Assembly: GCF_006345805.1 (NCBI RefSeq)
Contig: NW_021829383.1
Location: forward strand, 1-6,327
Source: Octopus sinensis
Taxonomy: Eukaryota
Direction: 5' to 3'
DNA length: 6,327 bases
Below, piece after piece: positions 5,688 through 6,327 of this stretch. Position numbers and translations under genes: made by a program. The notes beneath the pieces were generated by a model. That model saw only the letters and a program-made list of their open reading frames with translations, had not been told where the DNA came from and searched no databases. Position 1 is the first letter of the stretch, and each line of letters opens with the position of its first letter.

Positions 5688-6327
5688 TGGGTAATCCCAT
5701 AAATAATGCAGATTTTTCAATTGCATGAACTAATAGTTAGAGGAGGACGGGTAAACTTCCTGCATCAACTTGCAATAAAAGCAGGTAGTAATTTTGTCCT
5801 TATCCTTAGTGCAAGTTTTGAAGAGTGCAGTTCGATTTTAACAGATATTTTTTCAAAGCTATAATGGAAGTGACAAAGGAGCATATTCGACATATTTTGT
5901 TTTATGAGTTCAATAAATGCAACAATGCGATGGAAAGTGCGAGAAATATTAATGCAGTATATGAGGATCGGACAATAAGCGTAAGCCAGTGTTAGCGGTG
6001 GTTCCAGAAATTCCAAGTCAGAAACTACAGCTTAGAAGACAAACCTTATCCTGAAAGACCTGCAGAGCTTGACAAGGATGTTCTGCAAACCCTGGTGGAA
6101 CAAAATCCCATCATAACTGTTGAGGAACTAGCAGAGAAGCTTGGATTTGATCATTCAACCAGTCATTCAAGTCAATGCTAGAAGAAAAATGACCATCTTT
6201 GGTTTCAGGATATTACTTGGTCACGTACAGTGAGGATGACACTCCAAAGGCTGGAGCAGTTTGAATGGAAAATGATGCCCCACCCACCATATTAGCTGGA
6301 CACTGCCTCATCTGATTATCAATTATC
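5685..6327 (+). mobile_element. Mariner (Tc1/mariner) DNA transposon, degenerate, internally deleted, continues past the window
   Basis: TA followed by a TIR-like TATTGGGTAATCCCATAAATAATGCAGATTTTT, resembling mariner termini; transposase remnant starts at 5864. Confidence 0.9.
5864..6327 (+). pseudogene. Mariner transposase pseudogene
   Basis: MEVTKEHIRHILFYEFNKCNNAMESARNINAVYEDRTISVSQC*RWFQKFQVRNYSLEDKPYPERPAELDKDVLQTLVEQNPIITVEELAEKLGFDHST (N-terminal HTH region; TAG at 5993-5995). It then jumps to EEK*PSLVS and QDITWSRTVRMTLQRLEQFEWKMMPHPPY*LDTASSDYQL, matching the mariner HQDNA...PHPPYSPDLAPSDY region. Confidence 0.92.

Noticed and set aside
5765-6016. Supplied minus-strand 83-aa ORF
   Set aside because: Antisense to the mariner transposase remnant.

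Overview
AT-rich, microsatellite-dense metazoan DNA. The repeats resemble those I associate with octopus genomes (inference from recall, not a database result). The window reads as mostly intronic sequence of a minus-strand host gene. One well-formed 115-bp exon (5320-5434) encodes an acidic Ser/Asp/Glu-rich peptide; almost everything else is decayed transposon DNA. Left to right: a 5'-truncated Tx1/L1-clade LINE sitting inside a (GA)n tract (101-1197); an old SINE split by a hAT-like MITE (1553-2104); nine more co-oriented tRNA-type SINE copies stacked head-to-tail, mostly through (AAT)n tracts (2127-4188); two tandem copies of an unclassified ~550-bp AAT-flanked element (4207-5296); the exon; (TA)n and (TG)n; and an internally deleted mariner running off the window edge. 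I see no intact new protein-coding system. The most interesting signal is architectural: several unrelated elements each use a microsatellite as a landing site, possibly in a self-reinforcing way.
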